In this document: one piece after another, positions 34,394 to 43,622 of the stretch | Position numbering within the stretch: the first letter of the stretch is position 1 | Layout: each line of letters opens with the position of its first letter | Assembly (NCBI GenBank): GCA_963614215.1 | Contig: CAVECB010000001.1 | Coordinates: 38,604 to 102,603 of the forward strand | Length of the DNA stretch: 64,000 nucleotides | Direction of reading: 5' to 3' | Origin: Ruthenibacterium lactatiformans | GTDB taxonomy: Bacteria > Actinomycetota > Coriobacteriia > Coriobacteriales > QAMH01 | Made by a program: the position numbers and the translations under genes | Notes under the pieces: model-generated | Databases searched by the model: none | What the model was told of the DNA's origin: nothing | What the model saw: the letters and a program-made list of their open reading frames with translations, nothing else

Positions 34394-35494
34394 ATGGCGG
34401 AAAACTACGCCCCGGAACTGAAGGCGCTGCGCGAGCGCGTCGGCAAGATACGCTCCTACCTGCACATCGACGAGGGGCGCGAGAAAGTGGCCGCGCTCGA
34501 AGAGGAGGCCGCGGCGCCCGGGTTTTGGGACGACGCCGAGACGGCTCGTGCACACATGCGCGCCATCTCGGATTTGCGCGGCGACATCGAGGCCTACGAT
34601 TCTTGCGTGGCGGCCCTCGACGACGCCGAGGCGGCCAACGAGCTGGCCGTGGCCGACGACGACGACGAGATGCAGGCCGAGGCCAAAGAAGCGCTGGACC
34701 GCCTGCGTCTTTTGGCCGACGAGCTGGAGCTGTCCTCGTGGTTTTCCGACGAGTACGACCACGGCGACTGCATCGTGTCCATCAACCCGGGCCAAGGCGG
34801 CCTGGAGGCCCAGGACTGGACGCGCATGCTCTTCGAGATGTACCAGCGCTACTGCGAGCGGCGCGGCTGGAAGGTCACGGTCAACGACGTGGTGGACGGC
34901 GAGGCCATCGGCTTGGACCGCGCCACCTTCACCGTGGAAGGCCACAACGCCTACGGCATGCTGAAAAGCGAGCAGGGCACGCATCGCCTCGTGCGCATCA
35001 GCCCCACCGACGCCAAGGCGCGCCGCCAGACCACCTTTGCCGGCGTCGAGGTGCTGCCCGTCGTGGGCGAGGAAGTCGAGCTGGAGATCGACGAGAAGGA
35101 CCTGCGCATCGACGTCTACCACTCCTCCGGCCACGGCGGCCAAGGGGTGAACACGACAGATTCGGCCGTGCGCATCACCCACCTGCCCACGGGCACGGTC
35201 GTCACCTGCCAAAACGAGCGCAGCCAGCTGCAAAACAAGGCTACGGCCATGGGCATCTTGCGCGCCAAGCTCTACGAGATGGAGCGTCAAAAGCGCGCCG
35301 AGGCCCTCGACGAGCTACGCAACGACGGCGACATATCGTGGGGCAGCCAGATACGCAACTACGTGCTCTACCCCTACCAGATGGTGAAGGACCTGCGCAG
35401 CGGCGTGGAGACGGGCAACACCGACGCGGTGCTCGGCGGCGACCTGGACGCTTTTGTCGTCGGCTATCACAGGTGGAGAGTATCTGAAAGCTAG
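34394..35494 (+). CDS. prfB: peptide chain release factor 2 (single ORF, no frameshift site)
   Basis: RF2-type sequence throughout (FWDD, GGLEAQDW, GTHRLVRISP., SGHGGQGVNTTDSAVRITH, QIRNYVLYPYQMVKDLR). The tripeptide anticodon position reads SPT (35000-35008). Confidence 0.9.
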   Translation: MAENYAPELKALRERVGKIRSYLHIDEGREKVAALEEEAAAPGFWDDAETARAHMRAISDLRGDIEAYDSCVAALDDAEAANELAVADDDDEMQAEAKEALDRLRLLADELELSSWFSDEYDHGDCIVSINPGQGGLEAQDWTRMLFEMYQRYCERRGWKVTVNDVVDGEAIGLDRATFTVEGHNAYGMLKSEQGTHRLVRISPTDAKARRQTTFAGVEVLPVVGEEVELEIDEKDLRIDVYHSSGHGGQGVNTTDSAVRITHLPTGTVVTCQNERSQLQNKATAMGILRAKLYEMERQKRAEALDELRNDGDISWGSQIRNYVLYPYQMVKDLRSGVETGNTDAVLGGDLDAFVVGYHRWRVSES

Positions 35495-35612
35495 CGATGC
35501 CCGCCCGCCCGCGCATGTCTGCATGCGTACAATGGGACGCACGGATTTGACACGCGAGTTGGACGCATGCGCGTGCCATGGCTGTCGAAGAGAGAGGGCT
35601 TGCGGAGCCGAC

Positions 35613-36473
35613 ATGGAAGCAAAAGACATCGCGAATGTCGAGACCGCTGCGCATGCGATGCGCGTCGACATCGTGAAGATGCTCGCCGCCGCGGGCAGCG
35701 GGCACCCAGGCGGATCCCTTTCCGCCGCAGAAATCGTCGCCGCCCTCTATTTTGGCGGCGTGATGCGCCACAGCGCAGACGATGCACACGACCCCCTGCG
35801 CGACCGCTTCATCTTGTCGAAGGGGCATGCCGCGCCCGTGCTCTACGCGGCGCTGGCCGAAGCCGGCTACTTCCCCAAAGACGAGCTGGCCACCCTGCGC
35901 AAGCTGCACTCCCGCCTGCAAGGCCATCCCGACAGCAAGAAGCTGCCGGGCGTCGAGGTCTCTACGGGCTCGCTCGGACAGGGGCTGTCCATATGCTGCG
36001 GGCTTGCGCTGGGGCTGCGCCTCGGGGCGCACGAACAAGGCGAGCACGTGCTGCCGCCGCGCGTCTTCACCCTCATGGGCGACGGCGAGATAGAAGAAGG
36101 CCAGGTCTGGGAGGCGGCGATGTTTGCCGCGCATTACGGGCTGGACAATCTCGTCGCCATCGTGGACCACAACTCGCTGCAGATAGACGGCGACGTCTAT
36201 GCGGTGGGCGGCCTAGACGACATCGTGGCGAAGTTCGCGGCGTTTGGCTGGCAGACCATCGAGGTCGAAGACGGCAACGACGCGGCCGGCGTGCTGCGCG
36301 CCCTGTCTGCCGCCTGCGCGTTGCGGGGCAAGGGAAAACCCGTCGTCATCGTTGCGCACACGGTGAAGGGCAAAGGTGTGTCGTTCATGGAAAACCAGGC
36401 GGGCTGGCACGGCAAGGCGCCGAATGCCGAGCAGGCGGCCGAAGCGCTCGCCGAGCTTGAGGGGGAGGAGTAG
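35613..36473 (+). CDS. tkt: transketolase, N-terminal subunit (split form)
   Basis: ORF trimmed to ATG 35613 (MEAKDIANVE). Motifs GSGHPGGSLSAAEI, ILSKGHAAP and GSLGQGLS are present. Confidence 0.88.
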   Translation: MEAKDIANVETAAHAMRVDIVKMLAAAGSGHPGGSLSAAEIVAALYFGGVMRHSADDAHDPLRDRFILSKGHAAPVLYAALAEAGYFPKDELATLRKLHSRLQGHPDSKKLPGVEVSTGSLGQGLSICCGLALGLRLGAHEQGEHVLPPRVFTLMGDGEIEEGQVWEAAMFAAHYGLDNLVAIVDHNSLQIDGDVYAVGGLDDIVAKFAAFGWQTIEVEDGNDAAGVLRALSAACALRGKGKPVVIVAHTVKGKGVSFMENQAGWHGKAPNAEQAAEALAELEGEE

Positions 36474-36475
36474 CC

Positions 36476-37441
36476 ATGGCGGCACAGAATGGCCGGCCGG
36501 CGCAGGCGACGCGCGCGGGCTACGGCGAGACCCTGGTCGAGCTGGTCGCGGAAGGCCTCGACATCATGGCCGTCGAGGCAGATCTTTCTGGTTCGACCAC
36601 CACGGCAAAGCTCGGAGCAGCCCATCCCGAGCGCCTTGTGAACGTCGGCATCGCCGAGCAGAACATGATCGACGTGGCGGCCGGGCTTGCGCTTGCGGGC
36701 AAGACGGTGTTCACGGGCAGCTTCGCGGCCTTCGGCACGGGGCGCTGCTACGACCAGATACGCAACACGGTGTGCTACGCGGGCCTCGACGTGAAGGTCG
36801 CGCCCACACACTCCGGGGTCACGGTAGGGCCGGACGGCGGCAGCCACCAGATGCTCGAGGACGTGAGCCTCATGCGCGGCCTGCCCGGCATGAACGTGCT
36901 CGTGCCGGCCGACTATTGGTCGGCAAAGCGCGCCATACGCATCGCGGCTACCACCCCTGGCCCTTTCTACATTCGCCTCGGCCGCGCGAAGGTGCCGCAG
37001 GTCTATGGGCCGGACGACGTTTTCGAGCTGGGGCGCTCGCAGGTGCTGCGCACTGGCGCCGATGTCACGCTCGTGGCCGGCGGCGTCGAGGTCGACCAGG
37101 CGCTCGGCGCGGCGGAGCTTCTCGTGGCAGACGGCATCGATGCCGAGGTCATCGACGTGTTCAGCGTCAAGCCCTTCGACAAGGACACCTTGCTGGCCAG
37201 CGTGGCCAAGACCGGCTGCGTTGTTACCTGCGAGGAGCACTCGACGGTGGGCGGCCTGGGCTCGGCGGTGGCCGACATCGTGGGCGAGAACCATCCCGTC
37301 CCGCTCGAGCGCGTGGGCGTGCGCGACGCGTTCGGCACGAGCGGCGAGCCAGACGAGCTTTTGCGCGAGTACGGGCTGGACGCGGCCGGCATCGCCGCCA
37401 AGGCGCGCAACGCGATTCAGAGAAAGAAATCTGGCCTTTGA
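36476..37441 (+). CDS. tkt: transketolase, C-terminal subunit (split form)
   Basis: TRAGYGETLVEL...NVGIAEQNMIDVAAGLA is the typical pyrimidine-binding domain. The gene starts 2 nt after the N-subunit stop. Confidence 0.88.
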   Translation: MAAQNGRPAQATRAGYGETLVELVAEGLDIMAVEADLSGSTTTAKLGAAHPERLVNVGIAEQNMIDVAAGLALAGKTVFTGSFAAFGTGRCYDQIRNTVCYAGLDVKVAPTHSGVTVGPDGGSHQMLEDVSLMRGLPGMNVLVPADYWSAKRAIRIAATTPGPFYIRLGRAKVPQVYGPDDVFELGRSQVLRTGADVTLVAGGVEVDQALGAAELLVADGIDAEVIDVFSVKPFDKDTLLASVAKTGCVVTCEEHSTVGGLGSAVADIVGENHPVPLERVGVRDAFGTSGEPDELLREYGLDAAGIAAKARNAIQRKKSGL

Positions 37442-37494
37442 TACAATGACGCATTGGTCAGACAGAAAACGCATCAACCGATCGAGGTGAGCGA

Positions 37495-38448
37495 GTGGCG
37501 ATATTCGGAAAACAACAGCAAGGGGCGCACGGCAGGCATGCCGCGCAACCCGGACGGGCGCCGGCGCGCGGTGCCGCCCAGCAAGCCGGGCGGACCACTT
37601 TCGCCGAAAAGGCCCGAGCTGCGGCGGCGCGCCAGCAAAGCGCGGCCCAGCGCCAGCAGGCGGGCATGGGCGACATGGCACCTGCTACGGAGGCGACCGG
37701 CTCGTACGCGGATCTGGCCGCCCAGGACACGCAAGGCCGCAAGCTGGGTCCTGTCGTCATCTCGCTGCGCCACGTCACCAAGGTCTACCCGGCTCAGCCC
37801 AAGCGCCCGGCTCTCGCAGACCTCACCCTCGACATACGCGCGGGCGAGTTTTTGTTCCTTGTCGGGCATTCCGGCTCGGGCAAATCCACCTTCATCCGCA
37901 TGCTCAACCGCGAGATTGTGCCCACTTCTGGCGAGCTGATTGTCGCGGGCGAGAACCTGCGCACCATCCGCAACTGGCGCATTCCCTATCTGCGCCGCAA
38001 CGTCGGCTGCGTGTTCCAGGACTTCAAGCTGCTCCCCAACAAGACGGCTTTTGAAAACGTCGCCTTCGCGTTGGAGGTCATCGGCAAGTCCCGCCACGTC
38101 ATCCAAACGCAGGTGCCTGAGGCGCTGCGCCTCGTGGGTCTGGAGGAGAAGATGGACAAGCTGCCCGACCAGCTCTCTGGCGGCGAGCAGCAGCGCGTCT
38201 CCATCGCGCGTTCCATCGTGAACCGCCCGCCGCTGCTCATTTGCGACGAGCCCACGGGCAACCTCGACCCGCAGACCTCGCTCGGCATCATGCGCTTGCT
38301 CGAGCGCATCAACCGCACGGGCACCACGGTGCTCGTGGCCACGCACGACCGCGAGATGGTCGACCAGATGCGCCGGCGCGTGCTCGCCTTGGAAAACGGC
38401 GTGCTCGTGCGCGATCAGAAGAAGGGGGTCTACGGCTACGATGTCTAA
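37495..38448 (+). CDS. ftsE: cell-division ABC ATPase FtsE with a possible ~85-aa Gln/Ala/Arg-rich N-terminal extension
   Basis: Walker A GHSGSGKST, LSGGEQQR and LLICDEPTGNLD. GTG 37495 has GAGGTG 5 nt upstream. An alternative start is ATG 37666. Confidence 0.85.
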   Translation: MAIFGKQQQGAHGRHAAQPGRAPARGAAQQAGRTTFAEKARAAAARQQSAAQRQQAGMGDMAPATEATGSYADLAAQDTQGRKLGPVVISLRHVTKVYPAQPKRPALADLTLDIRAGEFLFLVGHSGSGKSTFIRMLNREIVPTSGELIVAGENLRTIRNWRIPYLRRNVGCVFQDFKLLPNKTAFENVAFALEVIGKSRHVIQTQVPEALRLVGLEEKMDKLPDQLSGGEQQRVSIARSIVNRPPLLICDEPTGNLDPQTSLGIMRLLERINRTGTTVLVATHDREMVDQMRRRVLALENGVLVRDQKKGVYGYDV

Positions 38449-39364
38449 GATTCTCTATTTCCTCAAAGAGTCCATCGTCAGCTCGCGCCGCAACCTCGGC
38501 ACGACCATCGGTGGCATAGTCACGATTTTCCTCGCACTGCTCATGGTCGGCTTGGCCATCATGATGTCGATCATGATCGGCAACGTCGCCACCTCGTTCG
38601 AAAACGAGATCAGCGTGCGCCTCTACATCTCCGACGACGCTTCCGACGAGCAGATCCAGCAGTTCACCACGTACTTGAACTCGCTGAAATCCGACGAGGG
38701 CAACGTCGCCGACGTCGAGTTTAAAGACAAGGATGCCGTGCTGAAGGACTTCCAGGCACAGACGACGAACAACCCCGACATCGTCAACCAGCTCGACGGC
38801 AACCCGTTGCCGCGCACCTACGTGCTCACCTTGCGCAACACGCAGAAGGTGCAGCAGACCGTGGACAAGGTGCTTGCCAACGAGACCTTCAAGTCCATCG
38901 CCGACAACGCCAACGACCCGTCGGATTCGGTGAAGTACGGCCAGGACACGGTCGCGAAGCTGTTCAAGGTCACGAACCTCGTGCGCTACGGGTGCGCCGT
39001 CGCGGTCATCTTGCTCATCTTCATCTCGCTCGTGTTCTTGAACAACACAATTCGCCTGGCCATCCTGGCGCGCCGCCGCGAGATTTCAATCATGCGGCTT
39101 GTGGGCGCGTCCAACGGCTTTATCCGCGGGCCGTTTCTTATGGAGGGCGCGCTGCAGGCCTTGGTGGGCGCAATCTTTGCCATCATCGCGATTGCGTGCA
39201 TCCGCGTCTTTGCGATGCCCAGCTTGGAGAACTTCGTCCAGTTCCTGCCGCTCACCGTCGAAGACGGCGCCTACGGCATGATCTATCTTGTCCTCATCGT
39301 CGGCGGCATCCTCATCGGCATGCTGGGTTCGGCCATCGCGATGAGGCGCTATCTGAAGGTCTGA
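38441..39364 (+). CDS. ftsX: cell-division permease-like protein FtsX
   Basis: The gene overlaps ftsE by 8 nt. It has an N-terminal TM helix, an extracytoplasmic domain and three C-terminal TM helices (FtsX topology). Confidence 0.85.
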   Translation: MSKILYFLKESIVSSRRNLGTTIGGIVTIFLALLMVGLAIMMSIMIGNVATSFENEISVRLYISDDASDEQIQQFTTYLNSLKSDEGNVADVEFKDKDAVLKDFQAQTTNNPDIVNQLDGNPLPRTYVLTLRNTQKVQQTVDKVLANETFKSIADNANDPSDSVKYGQDTVAKLFKVTNLVRYGCAVAVILLIFISLVFLNNTIRLAILARRREISIMRLVGASNGFIRGPFLMEGALQALVGAIFAIIAIACIRVFAMPSLENFVQFLPLTVEDGAYGMIYLVLIVGGILIGMLGSAIAMRRYLKV

Positions 39365-40795
<1,431 letters not shown>

Positions 40796-40819
40796 GGCGA
40801 ACGCTGGGGCGAAGCGCAG

Positions 40820-41431
40820 GTGGCGGCGGCGACGAGAAAACCGAGCAAGAGGCCCAAGCCCTCGCAGGACCTGAAGGAGGCTGCGAAGGAGGGGGCGAAG
40901 GAGGCCGCGAGGAAAGGCGGCGCCGACGCCACGGAAAAGGATGCCGGCGCGCGCAAGCCGCATGGGCGCAAGGGCAAGAAGCCGCGCGAGAAAAAGCGGG
41001 GCAAGAAGGAGAAGAAGGCCGAAAAGGAAAAGAAGGAGAAAAAGGACCCGACGCGCAGGCGCTTTGTCGTCGTCGGGTCCATCGTCGTCGTGCTCGTGTG
41101 CGTGGGGCTTTTGTATCCGGCCGGCCGCACCTATTACGAGTCCGTGCGCACCGACCAGCGCAGCGCTGCGCAACTTGCGGCGATAGAGGCGCGCAACGCC
41201 GAGATTCAGCGGCAAAACGACTATCTCCAGACCGACGAGGGCATCGAAGACCAGGCGCGCAAGGACGGCGGGTACGTGCGCGAGGGCGAGGAAGGCGTCG
41301 TCATCACCAACGGTGGCAGCTCGACGGACAGGAACACGCAGTTGCCCGACCAGGTGGATCTCGACCGGATACACGCGCCCAGCACGTGGTATTACGATAT
41401 CCTAGACGCGTTTTTCTTTGTGCACGTCTAG
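40820..41431 (+). CDS. septum formation initiator family protein (FtsB/DivIC-like) with a Lys-rich N-terminal tail
   Basis: GTG start, a single TM helix (FVVVGSIVVVLVCVGLL), then a coiled coil and GYVREGEEGVVI, typical of DivIC/FtsB. The position after eno is conserved. Confidence 0.7.
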   Translation: MAAATRKPSKRPKPSQDLKEAAKEGAKEAARKGGADATEKDAGARKPHGRKGKKPREKKRGKKEKKAEKEKKEKKDPTRRRFVVVGSIVVVLVCVGLLYPAGRTYYESVRTDQRSAAQLAAIEARNAEIQRQNDYLQTDEGIEDQARKDGGYVREGEEGVVITNGGSSTDRNTQLPDQVDLDRIHAPSTWYYDILDAFFFVHV

Positions 41432-41527
41432 CGCGCTGTCCGGCGCGGCGCGTGAGACGGGCGCGCGGTGCCGCAAGGCGCACAACAGGACGCACGACAT
41501 GCGAGACGGACGTGCGGCATATGGCAC

Positions 41528-41612
41528 GGGGGTGTGGCGGAATCGGCAGACGCAGCGGACTTAAAATCCGCCGCCGCAAGGCATGAGGGTTCGAACCCCT
41601 CCACCCCTACCA
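41528..41612 (+). tRNA. tRNA-Leu (anticodon UAA)
   Basis: The 85-nt sequence folds by hand. Acceptor GGGGGTG/CACCCCT (G1-U72), anticodon arm GCGGA-CTTAAAA-TCCGC, a long variable arm, T arm GAGGG-TTCGAAC-CCCTC, and an encoded CCA. Confidence 0.9.
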
Positions 41613-42089
41613 CTTTCAAAAACGATGCAGGGTTCGAACCCTGCGATGGCGCGACAGCCCGGTGGGCTGTCGCGGGCCGAGGCGCGCGCCCGCGCGCGAG
41701 GCCTGCGGCGATGCGCAGCGCCCGCAGGGCGCGAGCAGGCGCCTCGAACCCCTCCACCCCTACCACTTTCAAAAACGATGCAGGGTTCGAACCCTGCGAT
41801 GGCGCGACAGCCCGGTGGGCTGTCGCGGGCCGAGGCGCGCGCCCGCGCGCGAGGCCTGCGGCGATGCGCAGCGCCCGCAGGGCGCGAGCAGGCGCCTCGA
41901 ACCCCTCCACCCCTACCACTTTCAAAAACGATGCAGGGTTCGAACCCTGCGATGGCGCGACAGCCCGGTGGGCTGTCGCGGGCCGAGGCGCGCGCCCGCG
42001 CGCGAGGCCTGCGGCGATGCGCAGCGCCCGCAGGGCGCGAGCAGGCGCCTCGAACCCCTCCACCCCTACCACCACCTCCACCCCTACCA
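41591..42089 (+). repeat. three identical 153-bp tandem units, each made of the tRNA-Leu 3'-terminal 22-mer plus a 131-bp spacer, followed by a 4th 22-mer and a 5th partial copy
   Basis: TCGAACCCCTCCACCCCTACCA starts at 41591 (inside the tRNA), 41744, 41897 and 42050. The spacers are identical by eye and by the exactly repeating ORF-track translations. A partial copy, CTCCACCCCTACCA, lies at 42076-42089. Confidence 0.95.
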
Positions 42090-42196
42090 ACTCCCCCTTT
42101 CCCCTTTGGGAAACTTGCACCCCGCGCCAGCGCCCCGGTGCCGTACAATGGGGGGCGTCTCAAGTAGGTTTTTTGCTTGCAAGGAGGGGTGCAACC

Positions 42197-42592
42197 ATGG
42201 GTAAAGAAGAAAGGCACGGGATTCCTGACTATCGGGTGGCGGCGTTTGCCTCGTTGGACTTAAAGCAGCACATGACCGACGCTGCGGAGGGCTTCCACTT
42301 CGAGAAGAGCGTCCAGAGCATCGACTGGAAGGTGAAGCACGAGAAGGGCTACTACGTCGCGGAAGGCGAGCTGCGTGTGCCGTTCAAGATGTATTTCACC
42401 GCGCAAGACGACAAGGAAGATGCGCTGTTCGTCGAGCGCGTCGTCTGCAACGGAAAGCGCGTATTCGACGCTCGTGTGAGCGAGGACGAAGACGAAGACG
42501 ATCCGAACTTCGGCATCGACGTGGACAGCGTCCGCGCCGAGAGCTTCGTCCGCTACCAGAGCAACATCGGGGGTCGCAACAAGCAGATATAG
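42197..42592 (+). CDS. hypothetical protein (131 aa)
   Basis: AAGGAGG lies 9 nt upstream of ATG 42197. This is the tail of the artefactual ORF 41468-42592. The stop is 1 nt before the polyprenyl synthase ATG. I recognise no motif. Confidence 0.65.
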   Translation: MGKEERHGIPDYRVAAFASLDLKQHMTDAAEGFHFEKSVQSIDWKVKHEKGYYVAEGELRVPFKMYFTAQDDKEDALFVERVVCNGKRVFDARVSEDEDEDDPNFGIDVDSVRAESFVRYQSNIGGRNKQI

Positions 42593-42593
42593 C

Positions 42594-43613
42594 ATGGCAC
42601 TTTCCATTTTTGAGAAATACCTGAACTCCAAGACGTCCCGCGTCGGCGAGGTCATGGCGAGCTATTTTTCCGAGGGCACGCACCCGGACATGAACCGCTA
42701 TCTCTACGAGCCGCTGGCACGCTATGCGGCAAACGGGGGCAAGCGCCACCGTCCTCTCATCTGCCTGCTCGCCTGTCAGGCGGTGGGCGGCGACGAGGAA
42801 CAGGCGCTGGCGGCCGCCGCCGCGATTGAGCACTTCCACACGGCGGCGCTCATCCACGACGACATCGCCGACGATTCGATGCTGCGCCGCGGCAAGCCCT
42901 GCCTGCACATACAGGAGGGCGAGGGGCTGGCCATCAACGCGGGCGATCTTGCGTTGTCGCTGGTCACGGGCGCCGTGGTAGACGATAAAAGCCTGAGCGA
43001 CGCGGTGAAGCTGCGCGTGCTCAAAGAGCTCGTGGACATGACGACGCGCACCATCGAAGGCCAGGCGCTCGACATCGGCTGGGCACGCGACAAGCGCTTC
43101 GACATCACGGTCGACGACTACGTGGTTATGGCCGAGCACAAGACGGCCTTCTACTCGGGGGGCGTCCCGCTGGCCGTGGGTGCCATCATCGGCGGCGGCA
43201 GCGAGGAGCAAATCGAGGCTCTGCGCGCCTACGGCATGTCGACCGGGCTGGCCTTCCAAATTCAAGACGACCTGCTCAACCTCGTGGGATCGAAGGAGGC
43301 TGCGGAAAAGGACTTCCGCAGCGACATCACCGAGGGAAAGCGCACCATCATCGCCGTGCACGCGCTCGAGCATGCGCCGACTGCCGAACGCGACGAGCTG
43401 CTCGATATACTCTCGACGGCCCAAAGCGAGCCTGCGGTGCTGGAGCGCGCGGTGCAGATCATGCAGGAGGCGGGCTCCATCGACTATGCGCGCGCCTACG
43501 CCATCGAGCTGGCGCACAAGCACCAATGCGACCTCGAAGAGGCTCTGCCGCCCTCGACCGCGCGCAAGCTGTTGTTGGCCATGGGCGACTTTTTCGTCAG
43601 CAGGCTCAGGTAG
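42594..43613 (+). CDS. polyprenyl diphosphate synthase (trans-isoprenyl, GGPP/longer-chain type)
   Basis: The first Asp-rich motif is LIHDDIADDS and the second is FQIQDDLLN. GKRHRP is also present. Confidence 0.88.
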   Translation: MALSIFEKYLNSKTSRVGEVMASYFSEGTHPDMNRYLYEPLARYAANGGKRHRPLICLLACQAVGGDEEQALAAAAAIEHFHTAALIHDDIADDSMLRRGKPCLHIQEGEGLAINAGDLALSLVTGAVVDDKSLSDAVKLRVLKELVDMTTRTIEGQALDIGWARDKRFDITVDDYVVMAEHKTAFYSGGVPLAVGAIIGGGSEEQIEALRAYGMSTGLAFQIQDDLLNLVGSKEAAEKDFRSDITEGKRTIIAVHALEHAPTAERDELLDILSTAQSEPAVLERAVQIMQEAGSIDYARAYAIELAHKHQCDLEEALPPSTARKLLLAMGDFFVSRLR

Positions 43614-43622
43614 GCGGCCGCC

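Noticed and set aside
34394-34520. The programmed +1 frameshift site expected in prfB.
   Set aside because: The RF2 frame is continuous from ATG 34394 with no in-frame UGA near codon 25. Many bacteria lack the frameshift, so its absence alone is not remarkable. It is mentioned only in the SPT finding.
41591-42089. The 22-nt repeat with 131-nt spacers read as a CRISPR array.
   Set aside because: All three spacers are identical, the repeat is the 3' end of a tRNA, the spacer length is far outside CRISPR norms, and no cas genes are present in the window.
41428-42592. Five long ORFs in the track (41428-42120 -, 41468-42592 +, 41561-42217 -, 41583-42167 +, 41662-42204 +) run through the tRNA and the 153-bp repeats and give 51-aa repeating translations.
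   Set aside because: The repeat period is a multiple of 3 and the DNA is GC-rich, so all frames stay open by accident. The peptides are Arg/Ala/Pro-rich shadow-type sequence. They overlap a bona fide tRNA. The real downstream gene has its own strong AAGGAGG and an ATG at 42197.
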